Made by a program: the position numbers and the translations under genes
Notes under the pieces: model-generated
The model's database searches: none
What the model saw: only the letters and a program-made list of their open reading frames with translations
Told to the model about the DNA's origin: nothing
Source: a virus
Direction: 5' to 3' (one strand)
Virus record (IMG/VR): IMGVR_UViG_3300022074_000027
Span: 5,582-69,581 of that record
DNA: 64,000 nucleotides
Shown: piece by piece, positions 55,368 through 64,000 of the stretch
Layout: each line of letters begins with the position of its first letter
Position numbering within the stretch: position 1 is the stretch's first letter

Positions 55368-56846
55368 TCATTTCTCTATTTTAAGATTTTTAATTTGATA
55401 ATTAAATTCTTCTTCATTATAGATATTTATTCGTTCCATAAAATGACGAAGTGTAAAATTCTGTCTTGATTTGTGTGTAAAGTCATCTGCTATATCATAA
55501 AGAGTTGCAGCACTCTTTTCTGTTCCTTGTCGTAATCCTCTACCAATTGACTGTAACACTCTAATTCTTGATTTGCTTGGACTACTGAAGATAACATTAT
55601 GAAGATTACGAATGTTAATACCAGTAGAGAAAGTGCCGTATGATGCAACAATGATTGCGTTCTTTTCCTTTTCCGTGATTTCACGAATATTTTCCCTTGT
55701 TTGTGTATCAGTACCACCATGAACGTAAAATACTTTTCTATCTAAGTCTTTTAACATATCATATAATACTGCACCATGTTTTTCAACAAATTGAAATAAT
55801 AATAGTGTATTACCTTTTAAGTGTGTTGTCAAGTCAATAATAAATTTATTTCTTCTTTCATCTCTCACAATCAAATCTACTTCATCTTGAAAGTTCTGGT
55901 CTTTCATAAATTTACAATCAACTTCTGGATATTGTAACACTATACACTTAATATTTAATTTTGCAAGTGTTTTATTTTCCATAAGTTCTTTTGTTGTTGT
56001 TACTTGGTTGACAGACCCAAATAAACCCTCTAGTATAAGCCTGTGCGTCTGTGTGCCGTCCAGAGTACCAGTAAACCCATGTCTGTGTACACATTGTTGT
56101 AATTTATTCATTATACTTGTTAAGGATTTTGCTTTAAAAAGGTGTACCTCATCACCTAATATACAACCAAAATTATCGAAGAATTTCTTAGGCATTTTAT
56201 AAAGTGATTGCCAAGTTGATATTACGACTTGATGAGTTATTTCTCTAGAGTGTCCTTGATATATTCTTTGCATCATTTTTTCATCATACCCATAGTCAAC
56301 AAAGTCTGAATACATTTGTTCTACCAAAGATGTTGTGGGTACAAGTATCAGTACTTTACCAGATTCATACCATCTTGTCAAGAGATAAATTATTAACGAC
56401 TTACCACTAGCAGTAGGGCTGAGAAGAAGACTCCTATCATTTCTGACTGCATGAACAAATGCGGCCATCTGGTAATCACGAATCTGTAAAGTTGTTCCCT
56501 TGGACTTAGGTGACACTCCTCTAACAAATCTATCCAACTCGCTAGTTCCATATTTTCTCTCATTTAAAACTCCTTCCTTATACTCAATATCTATTTCGTT
56601 TCGTTTTGCAAATTCTTCTATATATGGTAATAGTCCTACATAAATTTCATTTGATGCAACTGAATACAGTCTAATTTTACCGTCCCAAATTCTATTTCTG
56701 TATGTAGGCATAAATCTAGCGCCTGGGACTTCAAACGTAAAAAAGTCTGACAATTCTCTTGCATAATTAGGTTCAGTTTTAACACACAGATGAACCTCAT
56801 TCTTTTTTGATATAATCAAAATGAACCCTCTAAGAATCTCTTCCAA
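55368..56846 (-). CDS. uvsW: helicase UvsW (start probably near 56819)
   Basis: SPTASGKS, DEVH, GFTGT, QSIGRGLR. Confidence 0.95.
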   Translation of the reverse strand: MEEILRGFILIISKKNEVHLCVKTEPNYARELSDFFTFEVPGARFMPTYRNRIWDGKIRLYSVASNEIYVGLLPYIEEFAKRNEIDIEYKEGVLNERKYGTSELDRFVRGVSPKSKGTTLQIRDYQMAAFVHAVRNDRSLLLSPTASGKSLIIYLLTRWYESGKVLILVPTTSLVEQMYSDFVDYGYDEKMMQRIYQGHSREITHQVVISTWQSLYKMPKKFFDNFGCILGDEVHLFKAKSLTSIMNKLQQCVHRHGFTGTLDGTQTHRLILEGLFGSVNQVTTTKELMENKTLAKLNIKCIVLQYPEVDCKFMKDQNFQDEVDLIVRDERRNKFIIDLTTHLKGNTLLLFQFVEKHGAVLYDMLKDLDRKVFYVHGGTDTQTRENIREITEKEKNAIIVASYGTFSTGINIRNLHNVIFSSPSKSRIRVLQSIGRGLRQGTEKSAATLYDIADDFTHKSRQNFTLRHFMERINIYNEEEFNYQIKNLKIEK

Positions 56847-57244
56847 TCAATCGCATTTTTAATTTGAAATCCACGATTGTTTACTGACTTACAGACTCTT
56901 TCTGCATAATCACACATTGCATTATGATATTCAACTTTATGTTTTGATTTAATTAAGTCTTCATCACTTTCAAGATATGTGGGTAAATCTTGTTTGAGTA
57001 TTTTCAAATCAAACGGATTTTCTTGGTAAACACTTGGTGGTGCTTTACCAGAATAGTATTCCCATTTTTTTCTGAAAAGAACTTTATATTCGGACTCTGC
57101 TTGTTTTGATAACAGATTCCAACGAGTATATATTCTTAAATACTTTGCGTAAAGTTCTGGTGTTTTGAGTGATTCAATGTCTAGTTTTTCATTGTCTATT
57201 TTGAGGTCTTTTTCAGCCTCATTTTGAAGTTGTTCCAAATCCAT
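56816..57244 (-). CDS. uvsY: recombination mediator UvsY
   Basis: EYYSGKA...RGFQIKNAIDW. Confidence 0.9.
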   Translation of the reverse strand: MDLEQLQNEAEKDLKIDNEKLDIESLKTPELYAKYLRIYTRWNLLSKQAESEYKVLFRKKWEYYSGKAPPSVYQENPFDLKILKQDLPTYLESDEDLIKSKHKVEYHNAMCDYAERVCKSVNNRGFQIKNAIDWKRFLEGSF

Positions 57245-57258
57245 AATATAACCTTATT

Positions 57259-57849
57259 TTATAATGTAAATATTTCGTATAGTGTATAACTGAAAGTACA
57301 AGTCGCTGTCAAGTATGTAACGTCCCCTGCTTGTTGGTCAAATTGTAATGCACTTAATGCTACTGGATATATATCAGAAAACCTAACATCAACTGTTGGG
57401 TTATTTTTACTTGATGTAATTATTAATGATGCATCACTATACATAGACTGCACCCCAACTGCATTATCATTTGTTTTTGCAGAACCAGTAGACTTTGGTG
57501 TTTGTGTAGGAAATGAGTTTGTGTTTCTACTTCTAAAAGATTCAAACTGTGTTCTTGATTTAGGAAAACCTATAGCAACTAACCAATCATGAAGTTCTGT
57601 ATAATTTTCTAATTTTTCATCTACAAGAAATTGTAGGTCTAGATTTTCATATGTTAATGTATGACCTTGAACTGGTAATTCTTTAAATGGTGTTGGTATA
57701 ACAACATCACCTAAATTTATTCCAGGCAAGTTTACTTGGGTAGTAAAAAATTCTACCTTTGGAAGTTTGTTACATTTAAATACAAATTTTGATGGGTCTG
57801 CATAGTCAAGTTCAGTCGGTTGTCTTGACAACATATTCGTTGTAACCAT
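57259..57849 (-). CDS. 3: tail tube terminator/completion protein gp3-like
   Basis: VNLPGI, FLVDEKLENY..LHDW, YPVALSALQFD; position after gp23. Confidence 0.75.
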   Translation of the reverse strand: MVTTNMLSRQPTELDYADPSKFVFKCNKLPKVEFFTTQVNLPGINLGDVVIPTPFKELPVQGHTLTYENLDLQFLVDEKLENYTELHDWLVAIGFPKSRTQFESFRSRNTNSFPTQTPKSTGSAKTNDNAVGVQSMYSDASLIITSSKNNPTVDVRFSDIYPVALSALQFDQQAGDVTYLTATCTFSYTLYEIFTL

Positions 57850-57991
57850 TTAGTTTCTCCATAACCATTCTTCTTTGTTCGTCAGAGTATGATGACCACA
57901 ATGTTATTTCATCTCTGGTTCTTCCACACCCAATACAAATATTTTTTTTTAGTTCGCATATTTGTATACAAGGACTTTCTATGGTTTTCAT
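57812..57991 (-). CDS. DUF1289-like Cys-rich protein (59 aa, not in ORF track)
   Basis: SPCIQIC......CIGCGRTRDEITLW. Confidence 0.72.
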   Translation of the reverse strand: MKTIESPCIQICELKKNICIGCGRTRDEITLWSSYSDEQRRMVMEKLNGYNEYVVKTTD

Positions 57992-58007
57992 AGTATTATT
58001 TAGGTAT

Positions 58008-58035
58008 AAAAAAAGGGGGGTCGAATGACCCCCCT
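58008..58035 (-). terminator. intrinsic terminator after gp23
   Basis: GGGGGGTC-ATTC-GACCCCCC followed by T7 on the minus strand; late-like CCTAAATA at 57997-58004. Confidence 0.85.
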
Positions 58036-58060
58036 AAAGTAACTAACAATTCGTTTCTTA

Positions 58061-59398
58061 TTACATTAAGTTAGCAACTTGTACTCTTCTGTAGTAAGTG
58101 TTATCGTTTGCGCCAGGCACAACATCATTAGCAGATGAAGTTGCAAATGGGTTTTGAGCAACACCATAACGAGTCTTAAATCCAATTTTTGGTTGGAAAG
58201 TATTCTCACCTACAGCACGAACCATTTGTAATGGTACATACGGACAGTAGAAAATACCAGCGTCATATGGTGAAGTTCCCTTATATCCTACAACGTAGTA
58301 CTGTTTTGCAGCGTTGTTTGCAGCATATGGGTCGATATACACTCTATATCTTCCGTTAAGTACACCAGCAAAAGTGTTACCAGTATCATCAACTTGTAAG
58401 TTGTTACTTAGAGCAGGAGCGTAATCTAATACACCAGCCATTTGAAGTGCAGATGCAACATCAGATGAAGTAATGATTAAGTTACCTTTTCCTCTACGAG
58501 TTTCTTGAGCAATAACATTCGCATCTCTTTCGATTTGGAACATTAGACCTTTGAACTTCTCAACAGACCATCTACCGTTTGAGTCAGTATCTAAATCGAA
58601 GATACCAGCAGTAGTTGTGTTGACAGATGCACCTTTCTTAGCAGATACATAGATTGTTCTAATGACTTCTCTATTGATTTCTGCAAGAATTTCAGCAGAC
58701 AGAATATTTGACAATTCTGTTTCTGCGTCAAGACCGTGAATTGCTTTAAGGTCTTGTGCAAGTTCCATAGTGTATTCTGCTTTTAATGCTCTTGACTTTG
58801 CAGTCACAGTTGACTTCTCGATTGAGAACGCCATTTCTGCGAAAGAGTTAGCAGATGCATCACCTAATGCTTCAGCTTCAGCAGTAGTCATACCACCACC
58901 AGTATCAGTACCGTATCCGTCACCACCAGTTATATATGCACCTGGCGAGGAGTCATTTAAGACAGCAGGGTTAGTACCAGTCATTGCAGTTGTATTAAGG
59001 TCACCTGCTTTATCATCATTTGAGAAACCAGTATTTGGTTCGTTGAATAATGCTTCTGTTCCACCTTGTGAATCAAAGTTTGACTTCATTGCGAAGATAA
59101 GACCAGTTGGGCCAGTCATTGGTTGCACAGAACAAATATCGTATGCAATCAAGTTAGGCATAGACCTTCTTACTAAAGAAATGAGAATTGGGTCATATGC
59201 AGCCATATTTGAACCACCAAAACCAGAGTTGGTTGGAGCGGCTTCAGATAAGAACGCATTGTCCTCTTTCATTGCTTTTTCTTGGTTTTCTAAAATAATT
59301 GAAGTAACGGCTTTTTTGTAATTGTCCTTAATCTCAGGCAAATCTGGATGACTGAGGACTGGCTGCCACTTCTCTTGTAAGTTTTCTGAATTATACAT
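58061..59398 (-). CDS. 23: major capsid protein gp23
   Basis: KWQPVL, VQPMTGPTGLIFAM, KSRALKAEYT, FQPKIGFKTRYG; GATAAATA at 59429-59436. Confidence 0.97.
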   Translation of the reverse strand: MYNSENLQEKWQPVLSHPDLPEIKDNYKKAVTSIILENQEKAMKEDNAFLSEAAPTNSGFGGSNMAAYDPILISLVRRSMPNLIAYDICSVQPMTGPTGLIFAMKSNFDSQGGTEALFNEPNTGFSNDDKAGDLNTTAMTGTNPAVLNDSSPGAYITGGDGYGTDTGGGMTTAEAEALGDASANSFAEMAFSIEKSTVTAKSRALKAEYTMELAQDLKAIHGLDAETELSNILSAEILAEINREVIRTIYVSAKKGASVNTTTAGIFDLDTDSNGRWSVEKFKGLMFQIERDANVIAQETRRGKGNLIITSSDVASALQMAGVLDYAPALSNNLQVDDTGNTFAGVLNGRYRVYIDPYAANNAAKQYYVVGYKGTSPYDAGIFYCPYVPLQMVRAVGENTFQPKIGFKTRYGVAQNPFATSSANDVVPGANDNTYYRRVQVANLM

Positions 59399-59441
59399 TT
59401 TTTGTATCCCCTTATTTAACTTTACATATATTTATCATTAT

Positions 59442-60872
59442 TTATTTCTTGACATTATTAAAAGGTTTTGCATCTTGCGTATTGTAAGGTGCTTGTCTTT
59501 TAATAGCGGACATATATGCAGCCATAGCTCCGCTTACATCAATCTCTTTAGTCTCTTCATGGTTCTCTTCTACTAGAGTTGAGTTTTCTGAAGGAACTGA
59601 TTTAGGAAAATAGTTTTCCTTTAAGGTATTGAGTTTTTCTTCAAATGATTTCTCATCTGTAAACTCAACGTCTTCAACAAGACTCGCAAACTTTTCAGTT
59701 TGTGTTTCTGCTAAATCTTGTGAAACCTTTGCAATCACTTGTTCTTTAACTAAAGAGTTTTCTACTTTATTTTTTTCGGTAAGTTTATTGATAGTTTCAT
59801 TCAACTTACCTTCCAACTCTTCAATCTTTTCTGCTTGTGATTCTAAGATATCATACTTTTCGTCTGGAACATCAATATAATGCTCTTCAAAAAGTGTTTT
59901 CAAACCACCGATAAAGTCTTCTGCGATTTCTCCCTTTAGACCTCTTTCGATTGCAAGTTCGTTTTCTGTCATCCATTCCTTAACAACGTAGTCAAGATAA
60001 CCGTCTACTTTTTCTGCAAGTTCAGTTTTGAAAGTTTCGACTTCTTCTGAAATCTCTTGAGTTTTTTCTTCCTCAATTCTTTCTACCTCTGAACGTACCT
60101 TTGATTTGACTGCTGCTTCAAAAATAGTTGCAGCTTTCTTTTGGAAATCTTCAGATAAATCTTCACCTTGTACAAGTGCGTCAACATCTTCAGCAACATT
60201 AATGGTTGCAAGTCTTTTTTCAATAGCTTCTTTTGCTTTGTTAAGACCTTCCATTTCCATTTCGTCATCTGATTTATCGCTATGCATACCCATTGTCATT
60301 TTGTATGTTGCTTCAAGTTCTTTCTTTTTCATTTTCTTCATAGAATGATTCATTGCAGTAATCATAGCATCTTTAGTCTTAGGCATATCCATTTCTTCAT
60401 GATGTGCTTCAGATACCATTACTTCCATATCTGATGCCATGACTTTTTCTTCCAAACCATGTTTGAATTGAACGTCATACCACTCTACATATCCGTCATC
60501 AGTCGGAATTGCATGAGAACCATGAATTGGTTTACCTTTACCCCAAATAGGGTGTTCTACAACTGTAGCACAATCGTGGTCTTTTGAATGACAGAGGTCT
60601 CTGATTTCTTCATCAGTATATCCTTCTTTCATTTTTTCTGGTGCCATAGCTTTATCCTTTGATGGAATTGAACTGTCTTTCTTAGCTGACTTTGCGTAAT
60701 CCTTTTTCTTATCATCACTCTTAACGACAGCTGGCCCAGTATCATCTACTTGTGCTTCACTCTTCTTCATTGGTTCTGCTTTCGCAGCACCTTTCTTTAG
60801 AGCATCTGCCTCGTTAATATCAGCAAGAACTTCTTGTTCTAATTCCTCAATTGTCTTGTCTATTTCTGACAT
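59442..60872 (-). CDS. 22: prohead core scaffold gp22 with an inserted His/Cys module
   Basis: LSEDFQKKAATIFEAAV, VDGYLDYVVKEWM, LFEEHYI. Confidence 0.9.
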   Translation of the reverse strand: MSEIDKTIEELEQEVLADINEADALKKGAAKAEPMKKSEAQVDDTGPAVVKSDDKKKDYAKSAKKDSSIPSKDKAMAPEKMKEGYTDEEIRDLCHSKDHDCATVVEHPIWGKGKPIHGSHAIPTDDGYVEWYDVQFKHGLEEKVMASDMEVMVSEAHHEEMDMPKTKDAMITAMNHSMKKMKKKELEATYKMTMGMHSDKSDDEMEMEGLNKAKEAIEKRLATINVAEDVDALVQGEDLSEDFQKKAATIFEAAVKSKVRSEVERIEEEKTQEISEEVETFKTELAEKVDGYLDYVVKEWMTENELAIERGLKGEIAEDFIGGLKTLFEEHYIDVPDEKYDILESQAEKIEELEGKLNETINKLTEKNKVENSLVKEQVIAKVSQDLAETQTEKFASLVEDVEFTDEKSFEEKLNTLKENYFPKSVPSENSTLVEENHEETKEIDVSGAMAAYMSAIKRQAPYNTQDAKPFNNVKK

Positions 60873-60909
60873 TTGAAGTCTCCTTGATTAATTAAACCTT
60901 GTTTCATTA

Positions 60910-60917
60910 TATTTATA
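60910..60917 (-). promoter_or_regulatory. T4-type late promoter TATAAATA
   Basis: Exact match upstream of gp22. Confidence 0.78.
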
Positions 60918-60919
60918 AA

Positions 60920-61573
60920 TTATAACTTTTTAAGGAATTTTGCGAAAGCCAATGCTTGGTAATTCGCTTCTCTAGAACGTATATTACGTTCCATTTCGTT
61001 CTTGATTTCCGCTACCTCTTGTTCTCTTAACAAACCATTGTTCCAAATCCACTCTTTACCTTCCATAATTCCGTCTACGAAAGCATTAGGTGCAGAGGGG
61101 TCTGCAACAATATCAGCAGCAGTTGCAAGATAGAAATCGTTTTTGACGTAGTTTGCATCACCTTTTTTCTCCAAACTACCCATACCTCTTGACGAAACTG
61201 CGAGTTTACCACCGTCATCCATAATATTTTTTACTATATTACCCATTGGTGTTGACATTACTTTTGCTTCACCAATAAAGTTTTTACCGTCTGGTTCTAA
61301 AGAAGTTACCATGTGAGATACTTTATCTAAATTGACAGTAGGCCCATCTGGGTGTCCTAGTTCCCCATATGCACGATTCTGTTCTATGAACTCTTTGTTA
61401 TATCTTTTCACTTCTTTATCTAAAACCTCAAAAGGATATACTCTCCCATTTCGGTTTTTAATTTCAGATTGCATAAAGACACCTTTTAACTTGTAATTTT
61501 TCTTACCAGTTTTATCGTCTTGTTCTGTTATGTACTCTACACTATCTGCAAAATTTTCTGAAAAAAGTTTCAT
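60920..61573 (-). CDS. 21: prohead protease gp21
   Basis: NRNGRVY, GELGHP, VSSRGMGS, DIVADPSAP. Confidence 0.95.
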   Translation of the reverse strand: MKLFSENFADSVEYITEQDDKTGKKNYKLKGVFMQSEIKNRNGRVYPFEVLDKEVKRYNKEFIEQNRAYGELGHPDGPTVNLDKVSHMVTSLEPDGKNFIGEAKVMSTPMGNIVKNIMDDGGKLAVSSRGMGSLEKKGDANYVKNDFYLATAADIVADPSAPNAFVDGIMEGKEWIWNNGLLREQEVAEIKNEMERNIRSREANYQALAFAKFLKKL

Positions 61574-61584
61574 GTTACTATCTC

Positions 61585-62079
61585 CTATGGTTGATTACCG
61601 ACTGCTGTACAACTCATTGCAGCAGTACAAGCGATAGTATCACTTGGTTTTTTATCTAATATAATAACTTGGTTTGCAACTAATACTACTGTACCAGCAT
61701 ATGTGTTAGTTGCAGTAATTGTATGGTTTTCAGAAGGGCCATCTGTTAAAGTCAACACAACACCATTTTGTGCGTTAGTCATTCCAGTTGCAAGGTTAAT
61801 TGTATTTGCATCAACAACTCTTACAAAAAATTGTCCACCATCTGTTAATTCTGTAATTGCAGTTCCACCACCATCTGAATATGTTACTTCATCTCCAGTA
61901 GTAAAACCATGACTTGAAATAGTAATCGCTGTACCATCAACAGCTGATTGTGCATTAAATGTTCCAAGTGCAGCTGCAATTGTTACAGTTCCAGCGTTAG
62001 TTGCACCAACTCTTATTCTTGTTGCTCTATTCAATGTAGTCGCTGATGTTACATTGGTTGCGCTACCTTTTAAAATCAT
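61585..62079 (-). CDS. virion structural protein with one beta-repeat domain
   Basis: ITISSHGFTTGDEVTYSDGGGTAI, the same unit as in 24335-25843. Confidence 0.7.
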   Translation of the reverse strand: MILKGSATNVTSATTLNRATRIRVGATNAGTVTIAAALGTFNAQSAVDGTAITISSHGFTTGDEVTYSDGGGTAITELTDGGQFFVRVVDANTINLATGMTNAQNGVVLTLTDGPSENHTITATNTYAGTVVLVANQVIILDKKPSDTIACTAAMSCTAVGNQP

Positions 62080-62327
62080 GCATATTCTCCTAACATCTCT
62101 CTTTCAAAGTATTTATGCAGTTCTTTTTCACGCACTTTATACTTACGAGATGTATCTTTTATAGTTTTTTCAAAAGTATTTAGGAAATCGGAAGGTTTCG
62201 CATCCATTTTCTTAAAAATATCGTCAACTGCCTCTTTCATTTTCGGAGACAGTTTCTTATATTCTTTTGTATTTTTATGCTCGTCCTTTTCAGGCAAGTC
62301 AATCTGATTGAAGTTCTTCTTCATCAT
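62076..62327 (-). CDS. prohead core-associated protein (gp68-like position)
   Basis: Lies between portal and protease. Confidence 0.55.
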   Translation of the reverse strand: MMKKNFNQIDLPEKDEHKNTKEYKKLSPKMKEAVDDIFKKMDAKPSDFLNTFEKTIKDTSRKYKVREKELHKYFEREMLGEYA

Positions 62328-62487
62328 CCTCTACTTCTGGAATATGTTGTGTTACCATTGTCATAGCAACATCTTTTCGTTTTGTTTCTAATCCGTTTGC
62401 AACTCTTGTTTGCATTGCGTCTTTAAAATGTGTTTCTGCACCCAGATTATCTCCAGATGCAATAGCATCAATTATATCTTTTGTCAT
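62299..62487 (-). CDS. prohead core protein gp67-like
   Basis: DIIDAIASGD..A...F...M; immediately after gp20. Confidence 0.65.
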   Translation of the reverse strand: MTKDIIDAIASGDNLGAETHFKDAMQTRVANGLETKRKDVAMTMVTQHIPEVEDDEEELQSD

Positions 62488-63965
62488 ATCGTATCATCTC
62501 CATTTTCTTCTCCATCACCTTCATCTTCAATTTCTTTGGTCATGGATTCTATTTCTTCATCTGTTTGACGAAGTACGTTTTTCTGAACCCATCTCTTGGA
62601 AAAGAAATTTCCAACATAAGGTTCAAGACTTCCTAGCATTTCTATTCTTTCTCTTAGAATTTCTGCATCACGCAGTTCTGCAAAATGACCATCTTGTAAA
62701 AAGTCATATGCAATATGTTCTTTCATTGCATCCCATTCTTCTTCTGCAATTACTCCAGTAAGAATAAGTTGCGTTTTTAGAATGTCATGAAATAGTATAG
62801 TAAATTTCTTTCTTAACCTTTGTACAAACTTTGTAAATTTAAGTTCATCTCTAGTTATTTCTGTAGACCTACCAAGACTGAAATTACTTTCTGCTTCCAT
62901 TCTTGAAATAGGAACATTCAAAGACCTATACAATTTTCTTTGGAAGTAAACAATGTCATCTATCTCACCAAGGTTCGAACCGCCTGGGAGTGTAGTAATT
63001 TCTGTACCTCTACCACCCTCTCGTCTAGGCAACCAGAAATCTTCTAACATTGACATTTGATTTCTATCATCACGAATCTCACCAGTAGATGCATCATATA
63101 CCAGTTTGTTACGATAACGATTCATAACATCTTTTAGATACTGTTCTGCTTTAATCTTTGGTAGATTACCAACGTCAATATAAAAGATACGTCTTTCTGG
63201 AGCTCTTGATATTCTGTAAATAACAAGACTATCTTCAATCATACGCAGTTGATTTACTGGTTTGATTGCTTTATGTAGATAAGATAAAACACTACCTTTT
63301 GTCTGGTCAATTAAACCAGATGGACAATAACTTATAGAGTCTTTTGTAATTTTAAGACCACTATCATTTTGACCACCAGACATTACACCAGTTTCACTAT
63401 AGATGTAATATTCTTCTGTTTTTTGTTTTTCACTAACACCATTTAATGGGTTAGGTCTTCCAGATATTTTCTCTCTGACCTTTTTAATTTTATTTGGGTC
63501 AATGTATCTTAATTCTGTAATACCTTTTCTTGGGTCTTTTTTGTCAATAACTTTATGATAGAATACTCTACCATCAACATACCACCTACGAAAGATGTCA
63601 TGTCCTTTTTCTTGGAATTGTAATAGTTGTAATACTCTATCGAATTCTTGTCTAATTCTCTTCTTAACATTAGAAGATACATTAAGACCGTCAAGAGACA
63701 CCGATATAGGTGCATCAAGTTCGTTAGCTGCAATCGCTTCACTTACGATATCTTCAATTGCACTATCACATTCTGGTTGTTGAGAAATATTACGATATCG
63801 TTTGATTAAATCGTATTGAGTTTTGTCTTTCCCATTAGCGTCATAAACAGAAGAATAGAAACCGCCACCAGCGATATCTATTGTTCCATCATCAGATGAA
63901 GGCAGAGTAAATGACTCTGCCTCATCTTTTTTACGAGTAATGCGAAAACCGAAAAGTTCTGCCAT
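62484..63965 (-). CDS. 20: portal protein gp20
   Basis: WYVDGR, YRISRAPERRIFYIDVGNLP, EDFWLPRREGGRGTEI; CCTAAATA at 63988-63995. Confidence 0.97.
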   Translation of the reverse strand: MAELFGFRITRKKDEAESFTLPSSDDGTIDIAGGGFYSSVYDANGKDKTQYDLIKRYRNISQQPECDSAIEDIVSEAIAANELDAPISVSLDGLNVSSNVKKRIRQEFDRVLQLLQFQEKGHDIFRRWYVDGRVFYHKVIDKKDPRKGITELRYIDPNKIKKVREKISGRPNPLNGVSEKQKTEEYYIYSETGVMSGGQNDSGLKITKDSISYCPSGLIDQTKGSVLSYLHKAIKPVNQLRMIEDSLVIYRISRAPERRIFYIDVGNLPKIKAEQYLKDVMNRYRNKLVYDASTGEIRDDRNQMSMLEDFWLPRREGGRGTEITTLPGGSNLGEIDDIVYFQRKLYRSLNVPISRMEAESNFSLGRSTEITRDELKFTKFVQRLRKKFTILFHDILKTQLILTGVIAEEEWDAMKEHIAYDFLQDGHFAELRDAEILRERIEMLGSLEPYVGNFFSKRWVQKNVLRQTDEEIESMTKEIEDEGDGEENGDDTI

Positions 63966-64000
63966 GATATAGAAACTCCTTTTGTACTATTTAGGGAGTT

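Noticed and set aside
15345-56846. Introns or inteins in nrdJ, gp41, uvsX, gp43, gp46 and uvsW
   Set aside because: All are continuous ORFs of normal length without splice-junction or homing-endonuclease motifs
98-63783. Plus-strand ORFs in the track (e.g. 32816-33217, 58770-59321) and short alternative-frame minus ORFs
   Set aside because: They are antisense or frame shadows of recognisable minus-strand genes, with no motifs or RBS

Overview
A 64-kb segment of an AT-rich T4-like myovirus with essentially all genes on the minus strand. Reading from the right end it carries the head module (gp20, gp67/68-like, gp21, gp22, gp23), gp3, uvsY/uvsW, gp55/gp47/gp46, an accessory early island, hsp20, the replisome (gp45/44/62, regA, gp43), a C5-methyltransferase + TET/JBP-like dioxygenase pair, mazG, uvsX and gp41. 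These are followed by a long late block of probable virion/internal proteins, spanins, primase gp61, class II RNR, a second accessory region, RNase H, bS21, PhoH, a GH108 lysin and the start of gp33. Several independent signals point to a marine alphaproteobacterial host. The most unusual elements are: (1) an intact bc1 cytochrome b (petB) next to a pseudoazurin behind a T4-type late promoter; (2) a circularly permuted two-piece tmRNA; (3) a 36-aa, 14-Cys metallothionein-like gene missing from the ORF track; (4) a stand-alone RpoD region-4 protein with an altered -35 recognition helix, plus eight promoters sharing a TGTT-N5-AACA palindrome in their spacers; (5) an hsp20 leader with an RpoH-type promoter and a ROSE-like RNA thermometer. 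All calls come from reading motifs by eye. No database searches or computations were run.
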